A stretch of DNA of 64,000 nucleotides from an uncultured Bacilli bacterium (GTDB taxonomy: Bacteria; Bacillota_I; Bacilli_A; RF39; UBA660), in the NCBI GenBank assembly GCA_910584165.1, contig CAJTZU010000002.1, forward strand, positions 141,811 through 205,810. Reading direction: 5' to 3'. Below the pieces are notes generated by a model. It had not been told where the DNA came from and ran no database searches. It worked only from the letters and a program-made list of their open reading frames with translations. Every line of letters begins with the position of its first letter. The stretch's first letter is position 1. Of this stretch, positions 27,378 to 37,267 are shown piece by piece. The position numbers and the translations under genes were made by a program.

Positions 27378-28082
27378 ATGTATGATTGTGAGAAAGAATA
27401 TAAAAAACAATTAGCAATTGCTAAAGAGCAAATAGAAAGTTATCAGGAAGAATTAATAACTTTAAAATATTCTCAAGGTTTTAGCGGACAAAGAGAAAGT
27501 GCTATTTTAAAAAAAGAAAGATTTTTAGCAATTTTAGAAAAAGAATTAGAGTTTTTAAGATGCCCAACCAGAGAGGATATAGATTATCGAATGTCTATCT
27601 ATTCTTCTTCCTCATCAGATTTTGTTAAAGCGTTAGAAGCTGATTTGCCTTTTCGATTCCATGGTACTCCAATTTATTTTGCTCGTGAAATTATCCAAAG
27701 TAGAGAAATTTCTTGTAACCAAGATAGATTTGGTTTTCAAACAAGTCATGATTTATCTGGTCATATTTCTGTATGTACTATAGAAAATGTAGGAGTTAGT
27801 ATTCATAACTATATGAGCTTGACTGATTTTTGTATGCCAGCAGGATGCTTATTTGTTTTACTTCCTCAGCAAGAAGATGGAGTAGTAAAAAACTTTCAAA
27901 TGAAAAAGGTGGATTTTGCCCAAAATCCAGAAGTACTAATTGCAATTATAACCACACCAGAAAATATTGCTCAAGTAAAAAGATGGTGTGAAGAAAGTGG
28001 TATAGATAGTAATAAAATTTTTGATTTTTACTCTTTTATAAAAAATCCTTCAGAGAAAGTTAAACAATATATATTAGAATAA
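27378..28082 (+). CDS. Hypothetical protein
   Basis: ORF with AGAGGTG before ATG 27378; the track starts at 27273. No recognisable motifs. Confidence 0.5.
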   Translation: MYDCEKEYKKQLAIAKEQIESYQEELITLKYSQGFSGQRESAILKKERFLAILEKELEFLRCPTREDIDYRMSIYSSSSSDFVKALEADLPFRFHGTPIYFAREIIQSREISCNQDRFGFQTSHDLSGHISVCTIENVGVSIHNYMSLTDFCMPAGCLFVLLPQQEDGVVKNFQMKKVDFAQNPEVLIAIITTPENIAQVKRWCEESGIDSNKIFDFYSFIKNPSEKVKQYILE

Positions 28083-28113
28083 GGAAGATATTTTTTAAGT
28101 AATAGAAAAAAGG

Positions 28114-28140
28114 GAATGGTTTTTAAACCATTCTCTTTTC
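28114..28140. terminator. Bidirectional terminator between convergent genes
   Basis: GAATGGTT-...-AACCATTC hairpin followed by TCTTTTCTTT. Confidence 0.6.
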
Positions 28141-28155
28141 TTTGTTATTTAAAAA

Positions 28156-28647
28156 TTATAAATGCTTTCCACCTTCTTCAGGCTCCATACCACCATTTTC
28201 TATATAGTCTGGTCTGCTTGGGCTTTCCATATATCTATCATCATCTATCTCCACTGATGGTAAATCTTGATGGTCTGGAGTAGTAGGTCCAATACTTTCT
28301 TCCATTACTGGACGTCTAAGACCGCATACACATACACCATTTCTGTCAAAAACATGTTGGTGTGTTGGTTTAAAACTAGTTAGATATTCTTCACCTCTTG
28401 TATTTAAAATTTTAGTTAAATCCATTTTTGTTAGTTCAGGAAAAGAAATTGCTACATTATTTCCATTTACTCTGGCTTCTACTTTTCTTCGTATTTCTTC
28501 TTCTGAAATAGATTCTCCTGTTGCAAGCGCAGTAGTTAAAAGCTCGTATGCAACTTTACTAGGAACATCAGAAATAACTAAGCTTATTGGATTATCTTCT
28601 ACTTCATATGATTCTTTTTCTCCAAAACGTAATAATTTATCGTTCAT
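28156..28647 (-). CDS. Hypothetical protein with an acidic C-terminus
   Basis: 163-aa ORF with no recognisable domain. Confidence 0.5.
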   Translation of the reverse strand: MNDKLLRFGEKESYEVEDNPISLVISDVPSKVAYELLTTALATGESISEEEIRRKVEARVNGNNVAISFPELTKMDLTKILNTRGEEYLTSFKPTHQHVFDRNGVCVCGLRRPVMEESIGPTTPDHQDLPSVEIDDDRYMESPSRPDYIENGGMEPEEGGKHL

Positions 28648-29093
28648 ATAAAATTCTTCTTTCTATTTTTATAATAGCATAATCGTATTAAATTTTCAAT
28701 AAAAAATATGGTATAATACATAATGAAACAGGTGATTAATATGGGCTTCGAATATGATATGTTATATAAATATTATTTGTTGAATTCTATGAATAAAAAG
28801 AATCAATATAATGGTAGAAATTTTGAAAATGTAGATGTAGAAGCTCTGCTTTCATTATTTATGGATAGGGAATCAGTAACAGTATTTTAAATTTGTGATA
28901 AATTACAAAATTTTTCAGTTGTTAGAACTAAATTATCGCATCCTAACCAAATTATTATTTTATCGATTCAGGTAATGATTATCAGGGGATAGTAAAAAGC
29001 TTGAATGATAAAAATTATTTTTCTTATCCAGAATGGCAAGAGTTGTTGAATGCAACAAAGAATCAAAAGCTATATTAAAGGTGGTAAAAGTGT

Positions 29094-29720
29094 ATGTCTA
29101 AATTATCTAATATACTATTAATGCTGCAGTTTTTACAAAATGGAAGAAAATATAGTATTAAGGAATTAGCAGAAAAATTAGAAGTGTCAGAAAGAATGAT
29201 TAGAAAATATAAAGAAGAATTAGAATATGCTGGGATACTAGTAGATACAATAAAAGGTCCTTATGGTGGCTATGTATTAAATAAAGATTTCAATATTCCA
29301 TATTTGAATTTTACTAATGATGATTTAGATATTATTCGTGAGTCTTGTCAATTGATGAAGGATTCTAATATGAAGCAGGGATTGACAGATATTTATTCTA
29401 AAATTACTTTAAATTTAAATAATAAAAAGAATAATCGTAAACCTATATTTTCAGAAAATTTAGAATTAAATGTATTTAATAAAGTAAATAATGCTTATAA
29501 AAATAATTTGAAATTAAAAATTAAATATTACAATTTACAACATGGAGAGTCTATAAGAACTATTTATCCTCTTGGGTTATATTTATTTCAAAATGAATGG
29601 TGGGTTTCTGCTTATTGGGAAGAAAAAGAGGATATGAGACAGTTCCACTTAAAAAGAATAAGAGATTGTGAAATATTAGATTGTAAATTTGATCCTAATG
29701 AAATTAATATAAAATTTTAA
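29094..29720 (+). CDS. WYL-domain transcriptional regulator (YafY/DeoR-type HTH plus WYL)
   Basis: N-terminal HTH (YSIKELAEKLEVSERMIRKYKEELEYAGIL). The WYL-like region is IRTIYPLGLYLFQNEWWVSAYWEEKEDMRQFHLKRI. Confidence 0.65.
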   Translation: MSKLSNILLMLQFLQNGRKYSIKELAEKLEVSERMIRKYKEELEYAGILVDTIKGPYGGYVLNKDFNIPYLNFTNDDLDIIRESCQLMKDSNMKQGLTDIYSKITLNLNNKKNNRKPIFSENLELNVFNKVNNAYKNNLKLKIKYYNLQHGESIRTIYPLGLYLFQNEWWVSAYWEEKEDMRQFHLKRIRDCEILDCKFDPNEINIKF

Positions 29721-29775
29721 TATGACATAAATAGTTCCTCTTTTAGTATTAATCTACTAAAAAGGAGGAAAAATT

Positions 29776-30459
29776 ATGGATACTTATTATTTAGGCAGTG
29801 ATAATGAAACAATTTATAAAATAGAATTTTCAATAAAGGAAAAAGATAGGGCAAAATACTTATCTCTACTTGAAAAATATTTGGAAGAACTTGTTTTTTC
29901 TGAAGAAACAGAATATAAAAAGTTAGTAGAAGAAGATAAAATAGAAGAAGAAAATCAAGAAGGGATTAGTATAGAAAATCATATATTCTTTTTACATCTT
30001 TCAGCAGTTATAGAAAAACAAAAGATAGAGGATTATTTACCTTGGATAGTAACTGTAAAAAAGAAAAAATATTCTTTTCTACGCTCTTATACTATTTTTA
30101 TGTTAATGGCGCTACTTTCTGATGACTTAGATAAAGTAAATAATTCTTATTCTAAACAAATAGAAAAATTAATGGGGTGTTCTAGGTATATCAACTTTTC
30201 TTTTGTTCTTTCTTTTTTCTTTGATAGTTCAGGAGGTATCATACCAGAAAGAGGCTTGGATTATCATTCTTTTTTAGAGTTATTACAAAATTTAGAGGGG
30301 AAGATAATAGAGAAGTATTCTAAAAGCTTTTTAGCAAGTTTCTGGCAAGGGGATGAAGCAGAAAGAGAAATAGCAGATGGAATTGTAGGAGATTCAGCAG
30401 CAAATAAAGTAGCACTAAAAAGATTAAATTTTGATAATTTAATTAATGGTAAGATTTAA
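29776..30459 (+). CDS. Hypothetical protein
   Basis: AAAGGAGG RBS. 227 aa with no motif. Confidence 0.55.
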   Translation: MDTYYLGSDNETIYKIEFSIKEKDRAKYLSLLEKYLEELVFSEETEYKKLVEEDKIEEENQEGISIENHIFFLHLSAVIEKQKIEDYLPWIVTVKKKKYSFLRSYTIFMLMALLSDDLDKVNNSYSKQIEKLMGCSRYINFSFVLSFFFDSSGGIIPERGLDYHSFLELLQNLEGKIIEKYSKSFLASFWQGDEAEREIADGIVGDSAANKVALKRLNFDNLINGKI

Positions 30460-30464
30460 AATAA

Positions 30465-30496
30465 AAATATTAGTCGAATAGGCTAATATTTTTTTG
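30465..30496 (+). terminator. Rho-independent terminator
   Basis: AAATATTAG-...-CTAATATTT hairpin followed by TTTTT. Confidence 0.6.
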
Positions 30497-30592
30497 TAAA
30501 ATTTTGTATATTGGTTTTATAAACGGCTTGTGACGGATGTATTTATATTATATAATGAGTTTAATAAATATGATATGAGTAGGTGAATAAAA

Positions 30593-31537
30593 TTGGACTT
30601 ATATGAAAGTGAAATTATTCTAGACGATGCGGATATTCAAGCGGATTTAGATGCTGAAATAGGTATTCTAGCAGAAATGGATGTTGAAAAAAGACTGCCA
30701 AAGTATAAAGAGGGCAATAAAGTTTTTGGATTTTTTCTTCCAGGAAATAAAACTGCAATTATATCTAAAGTATATGATGCAGTAAATGAAACTGGATATC
30801 CAATATATCAAATTGTTGATGAAGAAGGAGTAATACATGATGTATGTGAAACTTTGTTTGATGATGAGGAGACTTTAATTGCGATGGGAATATTGCCAAA
30901 TCAAGCTGGCATAGTAGCTGAAAAAGATAGTGATTATATAGAAAAGATAAGGCAAGAGAATGAAGAGGCAATAGAACAAATTATAAATAGCTTAGGTTTA
31001 AAAAGTTCTGAAGATTCCATAGAGCAATTAAAAAATTGTTGTAGACTACAGGCTTATATGGCAGAAAATAATAGTTACAATAGCAATGTAATGGCAGAAA
31101 AAGGAAATTATTCTGATGAATTTATTACAGATATAGATTTACATAATGCATTAGTTGAAAAAAGTGGCGTTTGCACATCCAATTCTTTAATGTTTCAAAG
31201 TATTTTGAGTAAATTAGGAATTCCAGTAGAGTGTATTGGATTAACGGTTGATTCAGGTGGATTTCATATGGCAAATATAGTTCTATTACATGGAGAATGG
31301 TATTATTTTGATACTACTCTTGAAGGTGAAATTCGTAGGGATAATCAAGCTCAGGAGCTTGTTTTGTGTTGTGCAGGTTTAGGTAGTCAAGAATATTGTC
31401 CATATTTTAATCCACAATGTATCGTAAGGAAAGATGAAACTTTAGAATTACCACAGAATATTTCAGTAGAAAGAATTCCCATTTCTGTTGTAAATAGTTT
31501 TTTAGAGCAAAGTAGTTATAGTGAGAAAAGTAAATAA
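30593..31537 (+). CDS. Transglutaminase-like cysteine peptidase domain protein
   Basis: SGVCTSNSLMFQSILSKLGIP (Cys), GGFHMANIV (His) and YYFDTT (Asp). Confidence 0.65.
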   Translation: MDLYESEIILDDADIQADLDAEIGILAEMDVEKRLPKYKEGNKVFGFFLPGNKTAIISKVYDAVNETGYPIYQIVDEEGVIHDVCETLFDDEETLIAMGILPNQAGIVAEKDSDYIEKIRQENEEAIEQIINSLGLKSSEDSIEQLKNCCRLQAYMAENNSYNSNVMAEKGNYSDEFITDIDLHNALVEKSGVCTSNSLMFQSILSKLGIPVECIGLTVDSGGFHMANIVLLHGEWYYFDTTLEGEIRRDNQAQELVLCCAGLGSQEYCPYFNPQCIVRKDETLELPQNISVERIPISVVNSFLEQSSYSEKSK

Positions 31538-31556
31538 GGGATTATTGTATATAGAA

Positions 31557-31590
31557 AACCACCAGAATATCTGGTGGTTTAGTGTTTTAG
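31557..31590. terminator. Bidirectional terminator
   Basis: AACCACCAG-AATAT-CTGGTGGTT perfect hairpin. Confidence 0.7.
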
Positions 31591-33054
31591 AGAATATTTT
31601 TTCTCAAAGTATTGAGCAATTGGTTCGACAGAAATATCTGATTGACACATTTTTTGTATAATTTCTAACGAAGAAAAGGCTCCACCATTTTGATAGATGG
31701 AATGAATTAAATAATTTGTTATTTCTTTAATTTTTCCATTTTTTAATAATTCATCAATACTACCCAAATCTCGTTCGATTGCTTGCATAAACATACCATC
31801 ATAAATAGTACCTAATAAATAGGATGGAAAGTATCCAAACTCACCTTCTGACCAGTGAACATCTTGTAAAACGCCATTAGCAGGAGAATCTACTGTTAAA
31901 TGAAGATAATCTTTAACTTTTTGGTTCCAAATATCTGGTAAATTATCAATATCCATATTGCCATTAAAGATATCTCTTTCTATTTCATATCTTAAAATAA
32001 TATGCATGCAATATGTTAATTCATCGGCTTCTGTTCTAATTAAGTTAAGAGTCGGTGTATTTAGTCTTGCTATAAACTCATCTAATGGAATATCTAGATG
32101 TAGCATTTTCTTGATATCTTCATAGATTGGTATCCAAAAGTTAGTGTTTCTGCCTAAGATATTTTCATAAAATCTAGATTGGCTTTCATGCAATCCGTAA
32201 AAACCACAAACATCATTTCCATATCTAGTTAAACTAGGTCTAATATTTTGTTCAAATATTCCGTGACCACCTTCATGGATAATGGTAGTGCAAAAATCAT
32301 AAGGACTGTCTCCATGTTTAAAAGCTATCCTGATATCATTTGGACCCATTGTTCCAGTGAACCCATGAGGATAGATTCCAAGTGCTCCTCTATTCATATT
32401 AAATCCGATATAATTTAATAAATATTCTGCGCAATCTAATAACTCCTGTTTACTAAAAAGAGTATTAGGCACAGTGCCTAAAGAATGTACTGTTGTTGGA
32501 ATGAGTGGTAAAAGTCTTTTTTTCAATTGTTCAAATAAAGGATCAATTATTTCACAAGTCATTCCTACCTCATAATGGTTTAACATTACATCATATAAAT
32601 TAGAAGTTTTACTATCTAAAAATCTATAATATTGCTTAGTCATTTCAATGAGCTCTTTTAAATAAGGTTTGAATAATTCATAATTATTTTGTTCTTTTGC
32701 TTCTCTCCATGCTATATTAGTTCTTTTCTTAAGTTCACTATACTTTGTATAAAATTCAATAGGAATTTTTTTGTTATCTTGATAACGTTTCCATAAATTT
32801 TGAATATATCTGCGCTCAGCTTCTTCTATACTGCCAAAATCGGAATCATTGATTACACTAGATAATAAAATCTCATATTCTTTAGAAGTTAGAAGCTCAA
32901 ACACTTTTTCTTCATAGCCTATAATCAATTTGATTAAATCTGATTGTGAATCTTTAGGGGCATTAATTTTTAATTCCCATTTTAGCAAATTAATCGTGTA
33001 TTCAAGGTTAGACATTTTCTTTTTATATTCTAATAATTTGTTTAATGTATCCAT
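31579..33054 (-). CDS. M32 carboxypeptidase (carboxypeptidase Taq family)
   Basis: HEXXH (IIHEGGHGIF) together with the M32 signatures LQDVHWSEGEFGYFPSYLLG and GIYPHGF. Confidence 0.8.
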   Translation of the reverse strand: MDTLNKLLEYKKKMSNLEYTINLLKWELKINAPKDSQSDLIKLIIGYEEKVFELLTSKEYEILLSSVINDSDFGSIEEAERRYIQNLWKRYQDNKKIPIEFYTKYSELKKRTNIAWREAKEQNNYELFKPYLKELIEMTKQYYRFLDSKTSNLYDVMLNHYEVGMTCEIIDPLFEQLKKRLLPLIPTTVHSLGTVPNTLFSKQELLDCAEYLLNYIGFNMNRGALGIYPHGFTGTMGPNDIRIAFKHGDSPYDFCTTIIHEGGHGIFEQNIRPSLTRYGNDVCGFYGLHESQSRFYENILGRNTNFWIPIYEDIKKMLHLDIPLDEFIARLNTPTLNLIRTEADELTYCMHIILRYEIERDIFNGNMDIDNLPDIWNQKVKDYLHLTVDSPANGVLQDVHWSEGEFGYFPSYLLGTIYDGMFMQAIERDLGSIDELLKNGKIKEITNYLIHSIYQNGGAFSSLEIIQKMCQSDISVEPIAQYFEKKYSLKH

Positions 33055-33195
33055 AACTATTCCTTTCTTAATAATTCGTTAATATTATATCATGATTTAT
33101 GTTGCAAAAAAAGTGTTTAGAGAAAATCACTTCGTTAGGTAAAGTTATTGTTTTTATACATTAAACAGGATAAAATATTGATATGAGGTGATTAG

Positions 33196-33705
33196 ATGCT
33201 GGAAGTAGAAAGAAAATATAAATTAAAATATTTGCCAGATCTTTTGGATAACTATGAACGTGAAGACATAGAGCAAGCATATTTAAATTTTGGTAGTAAG
33301 CCAGCAGTTCGAATAAGAATGATAAATGGGATTGATTGCTTTTTGTATTGTAAAAGCAAAAAAGATAATGCAAACGGTTTTCAAGTATGTGAGGAGTATG
33401 AGATACCTTTATCTAAAGATGCCTATACTCATTTAATGATGAAGATTGATGGACGTGTTTTAAGAAAAAGAAGATACATCATTCCTTTAGCTCAAGAATT
33501 AAAAGTAGAACTTGATTTATTTGAAGATTTTTTTGATGGTGTATGCATTGCAGAAATAGAGTTTCCAAATGAGGAAATAGCGAACACTTTTAAATTACCA
33601 GATTGGATTGGCGAAAACATTTCTGATGATGAAAGAATCGCCAATGGTTTTATGGCTGTAAAAGCAAAGAAGATAAGTGAGTATAAAGATTTGATTATAA
33701 AATAA
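33196..33705 (+). CDS. CYTH domain protein (CyaB/YjbK-like triphosphate tunnel metalloenzyme)
   Basis: N-terminal ExExK (LEVERKYKL) and a CYTH-like acidic strand pattern. Confidence 0.65.
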   Translation: MLEVERKYKLKYLPDLLDNYEREDIEQAYLNFGSKPAVRIRMINGIDCFLYCKSKKDNANGFQVCEEYEIPLSKDAYTHLMMKIDGRVLRKRRYIIPLAQELKVELDLFEDFFDGVCIAEIEFPNEEIANTFKLPDWIGENISDDERIANGFMAVKAKKISEYKDLIIK

Positions 33706-33721
33706 AAAAGGAGATAAATAA

Positions 33722-33988
33722 ATGTTTGAATTAGTATCAAAATATACTCCTAATGGAGACCAACCACAAGCTATTGAAAAATTAGTGAGTGGTATAAAAA
33801 ATGGAGAAAAACATCAAGTATTATTAGGTGCAACAGGTACAGGGAAAACTTTTACAATTGCAAACGTTATTAAAGAAGTAAATAAACCTACACTTGTTTT
33901 AGCGCATAATAAAACATTAGCAGGACAATTATATGGAGAGTTAAAAGAGTTATTTCCAAATAATGCAGTAGAGTATTTTGTTTCGTAG
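33722..33988 (+). pseudogene. uvrB: uvrB truncated after codon 88 at the mobile-element junction
   Basis: The N-terminus matches UvrB ([14 protein letters not shown]..., [11 protein letters not shown] Walker [17 protein letters not shown]) and ends ...AVEYFVS* where UvrB normally continues YYDYYQPEAY. Downstream the sequence is non-coding and AT-rich. Confidence 0.8.
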
Positions 33989-34052
33989 TATGATATGGAT
34001 TGAAAAAGCCTTATTTTTAGGGGTTTTTAGTAGTGTTTAATCCATAAAAATA

Positions 34053-34083
34053 GACTAAAAAACACTAAAAAATACTAAAAAAA
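34053..34083. repeat. 3 x 10-bp phased direct repeats (G/C/T)ACTAAAAAA near the element terminus
   Basis: GACTAAAAAA, CACTAAAAAA and TACTAAAAAAA in tandem. An upstream partial inverted copy is TAGTAGTGTTT. Confidence 0.7.
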
Positions 34084-34156
34084 CAAATACACTTTGTGAC
34101 TTTTATTCGTGTAAATTCGTGCATATAAAAAAATGATAAAAAAAGGAGGATTTATA

Positions 34157-34480
34157 ATGAATCAAGAAAGAATAAAAATAGATGGAACACTTTTAGATAC
34201 TATAAAGAAAAATAGAAAAATGATAAGAGAAGATAATTCATTACCAACAAATGAAGATATATTGAAATTATTTGGTATAGAAAACGAAAAAGATATTGAA
34301 GCAAATGATTACTTCCAATTTTATAAATGCTTTGGCAATAATGTTGAATTATATAAAACATTAAAACAATTTAAAGAAGAAGCAGAAGTATCGTGGCAAG
34401 ATATAAAAAACATAAAATGGGGAGATATGGATTTAGAGAATAATACAGTAATTTTTAAAGATAAAGCAGAAGTTAGATAA
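34157..34480 (+). CDS. Hypothetical protein
   Basis: AAAGGAGG RBS before ATG 34157; the track starts at 34133. Confidence 0.5.
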   Translation: MNQERIKIDGTLLDTIKKNRKMIREDNSLPTNEDILKLFGIENEKDIEANDYFQFYKCFGNNVELYKTLKQFKEEAEVSWQDIKNIKWGDMDLENNTVIFKDKAEVR

Positions 34481-34587
34481 AACATATTTTGAACTGATTA
34501 GAAATAGTCAGTTCTTTTTTTATGCCCATACATAGCCATTTTATATTTATAGAGTGGCTAGAGTTTAAAGAAAGGAGGAAAATGTAT

Positions 34588-35412
34588 ATGTCGCAATGCA
34601 AAGTAATTGCAGTGGCTAATCAAAAAGGTGGTGTGGGCAAAACCACTACGGCTTTTAATCTAGGAATCGCATTATCAAATCTAGGTAAAAAAGTGTTATT
34701 AGTTGATACTGATCCACAGGGTGATTTAACTACTTATGCAGGTTGGTATGAGCAAGACAAAATACAGAAAACTTTATCTACTTTAATGGAACAATCAATA
34801 AATGATGAGCCAATAAAAGCAGAAGAAACCATTTTACACCATAAAGAAAATATTGATTTAATTCCATCTAATTTGGATTTATCTGTATTAGAAATGTCAT
34901 TAGTAAATGCAATGAGTAGAGAGTACACTATGAGAAATTGTTTATCAGAAGTAAAAAAGGATTATGATTATGTCATATTAGACTGTATGCCGAGTTTAGG
35001 AATGATAACAATAAATGCTTTAGCCTGTGCAGATAGTGTAATTATTCCAGTACAAAGCCAATATTTTGCTGCAAAAGGTATGACACAGTTATTGCAGTCT
35101 ATAAAGAAAGTAAAAAAACAAATCAATCCAGATTTAAAGATTGATGGTGTTTTACTTACTTTGGTAGATAAAAGAACTAATCTATCAAGAAATATAGAGA
35201 AGCAATTAAGAGAAGATTATGGAAGTGCATTAAAAATCTATAATACACAAATACCTCTTGCAATAAAAACTGCTGAATCTACACAACAGGGTAAGAGTAT
35301 ATTTACTTATGATAAGAGCAGTAAAGTGGCAGAAGCATATTCTTCGTTTGCAAAGGAGGTGCTTGAAGATGGCAAAGAGCGAACAAAGAATGCCGTTGCC
35401 AAAGTTAGATGA
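34588..35412 (+). CDS. parA: ParA/Soj-family partition ATPase
   Basis: Deviant Walker A motif (KGGVGKTT in AVANQKGGVGKTTTAFNLG). Confidence 0.85.
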   Translation: MSQCKVIAVANQKGGVGKTTTAFNLGIALSNLGKKVLLVDTDPQGDLTTYAGWYEQDKIQKTLSTLMEQSINDEPIKAEETILHHKENIDLIPSNLDLSVLEMSLVNAMSREYTMRNCLSEVKKDYDYVILDCMPSLGMITINALACADSVIIPVQSQYFAAKGMTQLLQSIKKVKKQINPDLKIDGVLLTLVDKRTNLSRNIEKQLREDYGSALKIYNTQIPLAIKTAESTQQGKSIFTYDKSSKVAEAYSSFAKEVLEDGKERTKNAVAKVR

Positions 35413-36307
35413 TTTATTTACAACAGAAACCGAGCGACAAGAAGCAGAATTAGAAAAAGTTAAAAATATATCACTAACAGATATTCAAGATTTTCCAGAA
35501 CACCCTTTTAGAGTTATTGTAAATGATGAATTGCAAGAAATGGCAAACAGTATTAAAAAAGATGGTGTCCAAGAACCTGCGTTAGTTAGACCACTTCCAA
35601 ATGGTAAATATGAAATGATTTCTGGTCATAGAAGAAAAAAAGCAAGTGAAATTGCTAATAAAGAAACTATGCCTTGTCTTGTTCGAGATTTAACAGATGA
35701 ACAAGCAGCGATTATAATGGTAGATAGTAATTTACAACAAAGACAAAAAATACTATTTAGTGAAAAAGCATTTGCTTATAAAATGAAATTGGAAGCAATG
35801 AAAAAGCAGGGATTTAGAACAGATTTAACTTCTGACCAAATTGGGGAGAAGTTGACATCAGTAGAAAAATTATCTGCTAATAGTCCAGATAGTAAATCAC
35901 AAATACAAAGATTTATAAGACTTACTGAACTAACAAAAAGTTTGCTTGATATGGTAGATGAAGAAGTCATTGCATTTAGTCCGGCAGTAGAAATATCATA
36001 TCTTACTAAAGAAGAACAAAAATGGCTTCTTAATAGTATTGAATGTAATATTGCTACACCAACTTTATCACAAGCCCAAGAAATGAAACGATTAAGTCAA
36101 AGTGGGAATTTAGATGAAGATAAAATCGAAGAAATAATGAGCCGTGAAAAACCTAATCAAGTGGAAAAACTAAAATTAGATTTTAAGACACTAGCACCTA
36201 AAATGCCAAAAGGTATGCCATCAACAAAATATACAGAGCATATCTTCAAAGCATTGGACTTCTACAACAAGTATTTGGAAAAACAAAAATCAATGGGAGC
36301 AAGATAA
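35369..36307 (+). CDS. parB: ParB/Spo0J-like partition protein
   Basis: ParB N-terminal box (PFRVIVNDELQEMANSIKKDGVQEPALVRP...ISGHRRKKAS). ATG 35369 follows AAAGGAGG and overlaps the parA 3' end. Confidence 0.75.
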   Translation: MAKSEQRMPLPKLDDLFTTETERQEAELEKVKNISLTDIQDFPEHPFRVIVNDELQEMANSIKKDGVQEPALVRPLPNGKYEMISGHRRKKASEIANKETMPCLVRDLTDEQAAIIMVDSNLQQRQKILFSEKAFAYKMKLEAMKKQGFRTDLTSDQIGEKLTSVEKLSANSPDSKSQIQRFIRLTELTKSLLDMVDEEVIAFSPAVEISYLTKEEQKWLLNSIECNIATPTLSQAQEMKRLSQSGNLDEDKIEEIMSREKPNQVEKLKLDFKTLAPKMPKGMPSTKYTEHIFKALDFYNKYLEKQKSMGAR

Positions 36308-36473
36308 TGGGAGTAGTTGTTCCATTGTTCCCCTTCCTACAACCTACCCCTAGTATTTATATACTAACTGTTATTACTAACTGAAAAAAAATATATTTAG
36401 TATTTTTACACAAATGCAAAAGGAAATATTTTAGTTTATACTAAAACCAACAAAGCAAGAAAGGGTGATTTGT

Positions 36474-37202
36474 ATGAAAAAAATATTGCTTTTAATTAGC
36501 GTTTTAATTTCAATGACAGGAGGTATCATCTTCTATTCGCACAATAAACAAGACACACCAAAACTAGAACAGGTTAATGTTAGCGAGAAAAAAGCAGAAG
36601 AAAAAGTGGCAGATGATGTTGAGAGCAAAGAAGATGAAACGGTAGAAAAAGAAGTGCTACCAAAACAAGAGGAAGTTAAGGAAGTTCAAAAAGAAGTAAA
36701 GTCTGATCCTAAACCAGAAAACAAGAATGTTTCTTCGGCAAGTAGTAAATCTGAAACTAAAACAGAAAATAAGCAAAGTAATTCTGTTTCAAAAGAAGTG
36801 CCAAAGGAAACACCAAAAGAAAATAATTCTAAACCAAGTTCTAATAGTACAACTACACAACCATCAAAGGAAAATAATCCTACCCCTAGTCAAAACAATA
36901 CAAGTAGTCAACCACAAACAGGTGGAGCAACTACGAAATTTTATGAATCAATAACTGGAGGAAAGAAAGAGTTTTCTTCTGAAAGTGCAGCAAATGCTCG
37001 TGGCGAAGAAATTAAAAGTAAAGAACTAGATTATGTTTTAGATTATAACGAAGAACACCCAGAAGCACCAATAAAACCAGATATAAACTATTTTAGGGTA
37101 TATCCATCTGTAATAGATGAGAATGGTCAGTATTGGTATTATTTACACTTCTTTTGTGCAAGTGGCGAGGGAAATGACGCAAAATTAAAAAGTATGTATT
37201 AG
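36474..37202 (+). CDS. Membrane-anchored low-complexity (K/E/S/T/N/P-rich) surface protein
   Basis: N-terminal TM helix (ILLLISVLISMTGGIIFY) followed by a low-complexity region. Confidence 0.55.
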   Translation: MKKILLLISVLISMTGGIIFYSHNKQDTPKLEQVNVSEKKAEEKVADDVESKEDETVEKEVLPKQEEVKEVQKEVKSDPKPENKNVSSASSKSETKTENKQSNSVSKEVPKETPKENNSKPSSNSTTTQPSKENNPTPSQNNTSSQPQTGGATTKFYESITGGKKEFSSESAANARGEEIKSKELDYVLDYNEEHPEAPIKPDINYFRVYPSVIDENGQYWYYLHFFCASGEGNDAKLKSMY

Positions 37203-37267
37203 TGGCTCTATCAAAGAGTCATTTTTTTATGCTCTATTTTTAAGAGCAAGAAAGGAGAAATTAGAAA

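Noticed and set aside
28741-28890. A possible 49-aa ORF (MGFEYDMLYKYYLL...) in the 440-bp intergenic region 28650-29093.
   Set aside because: No convincing RBS, and the composition is Tyr/Asn/Leu-rich as expected for AT-rich non-coding DNA. It is kept only as a note.
35369-35412. The parA/parB overlap as a possible frameshift site.
   Set aside because: ParB has its own strong SD (AAAGGAGG) and an ATG at 35369. A 44-nt overlap is ordinary operon coupling.
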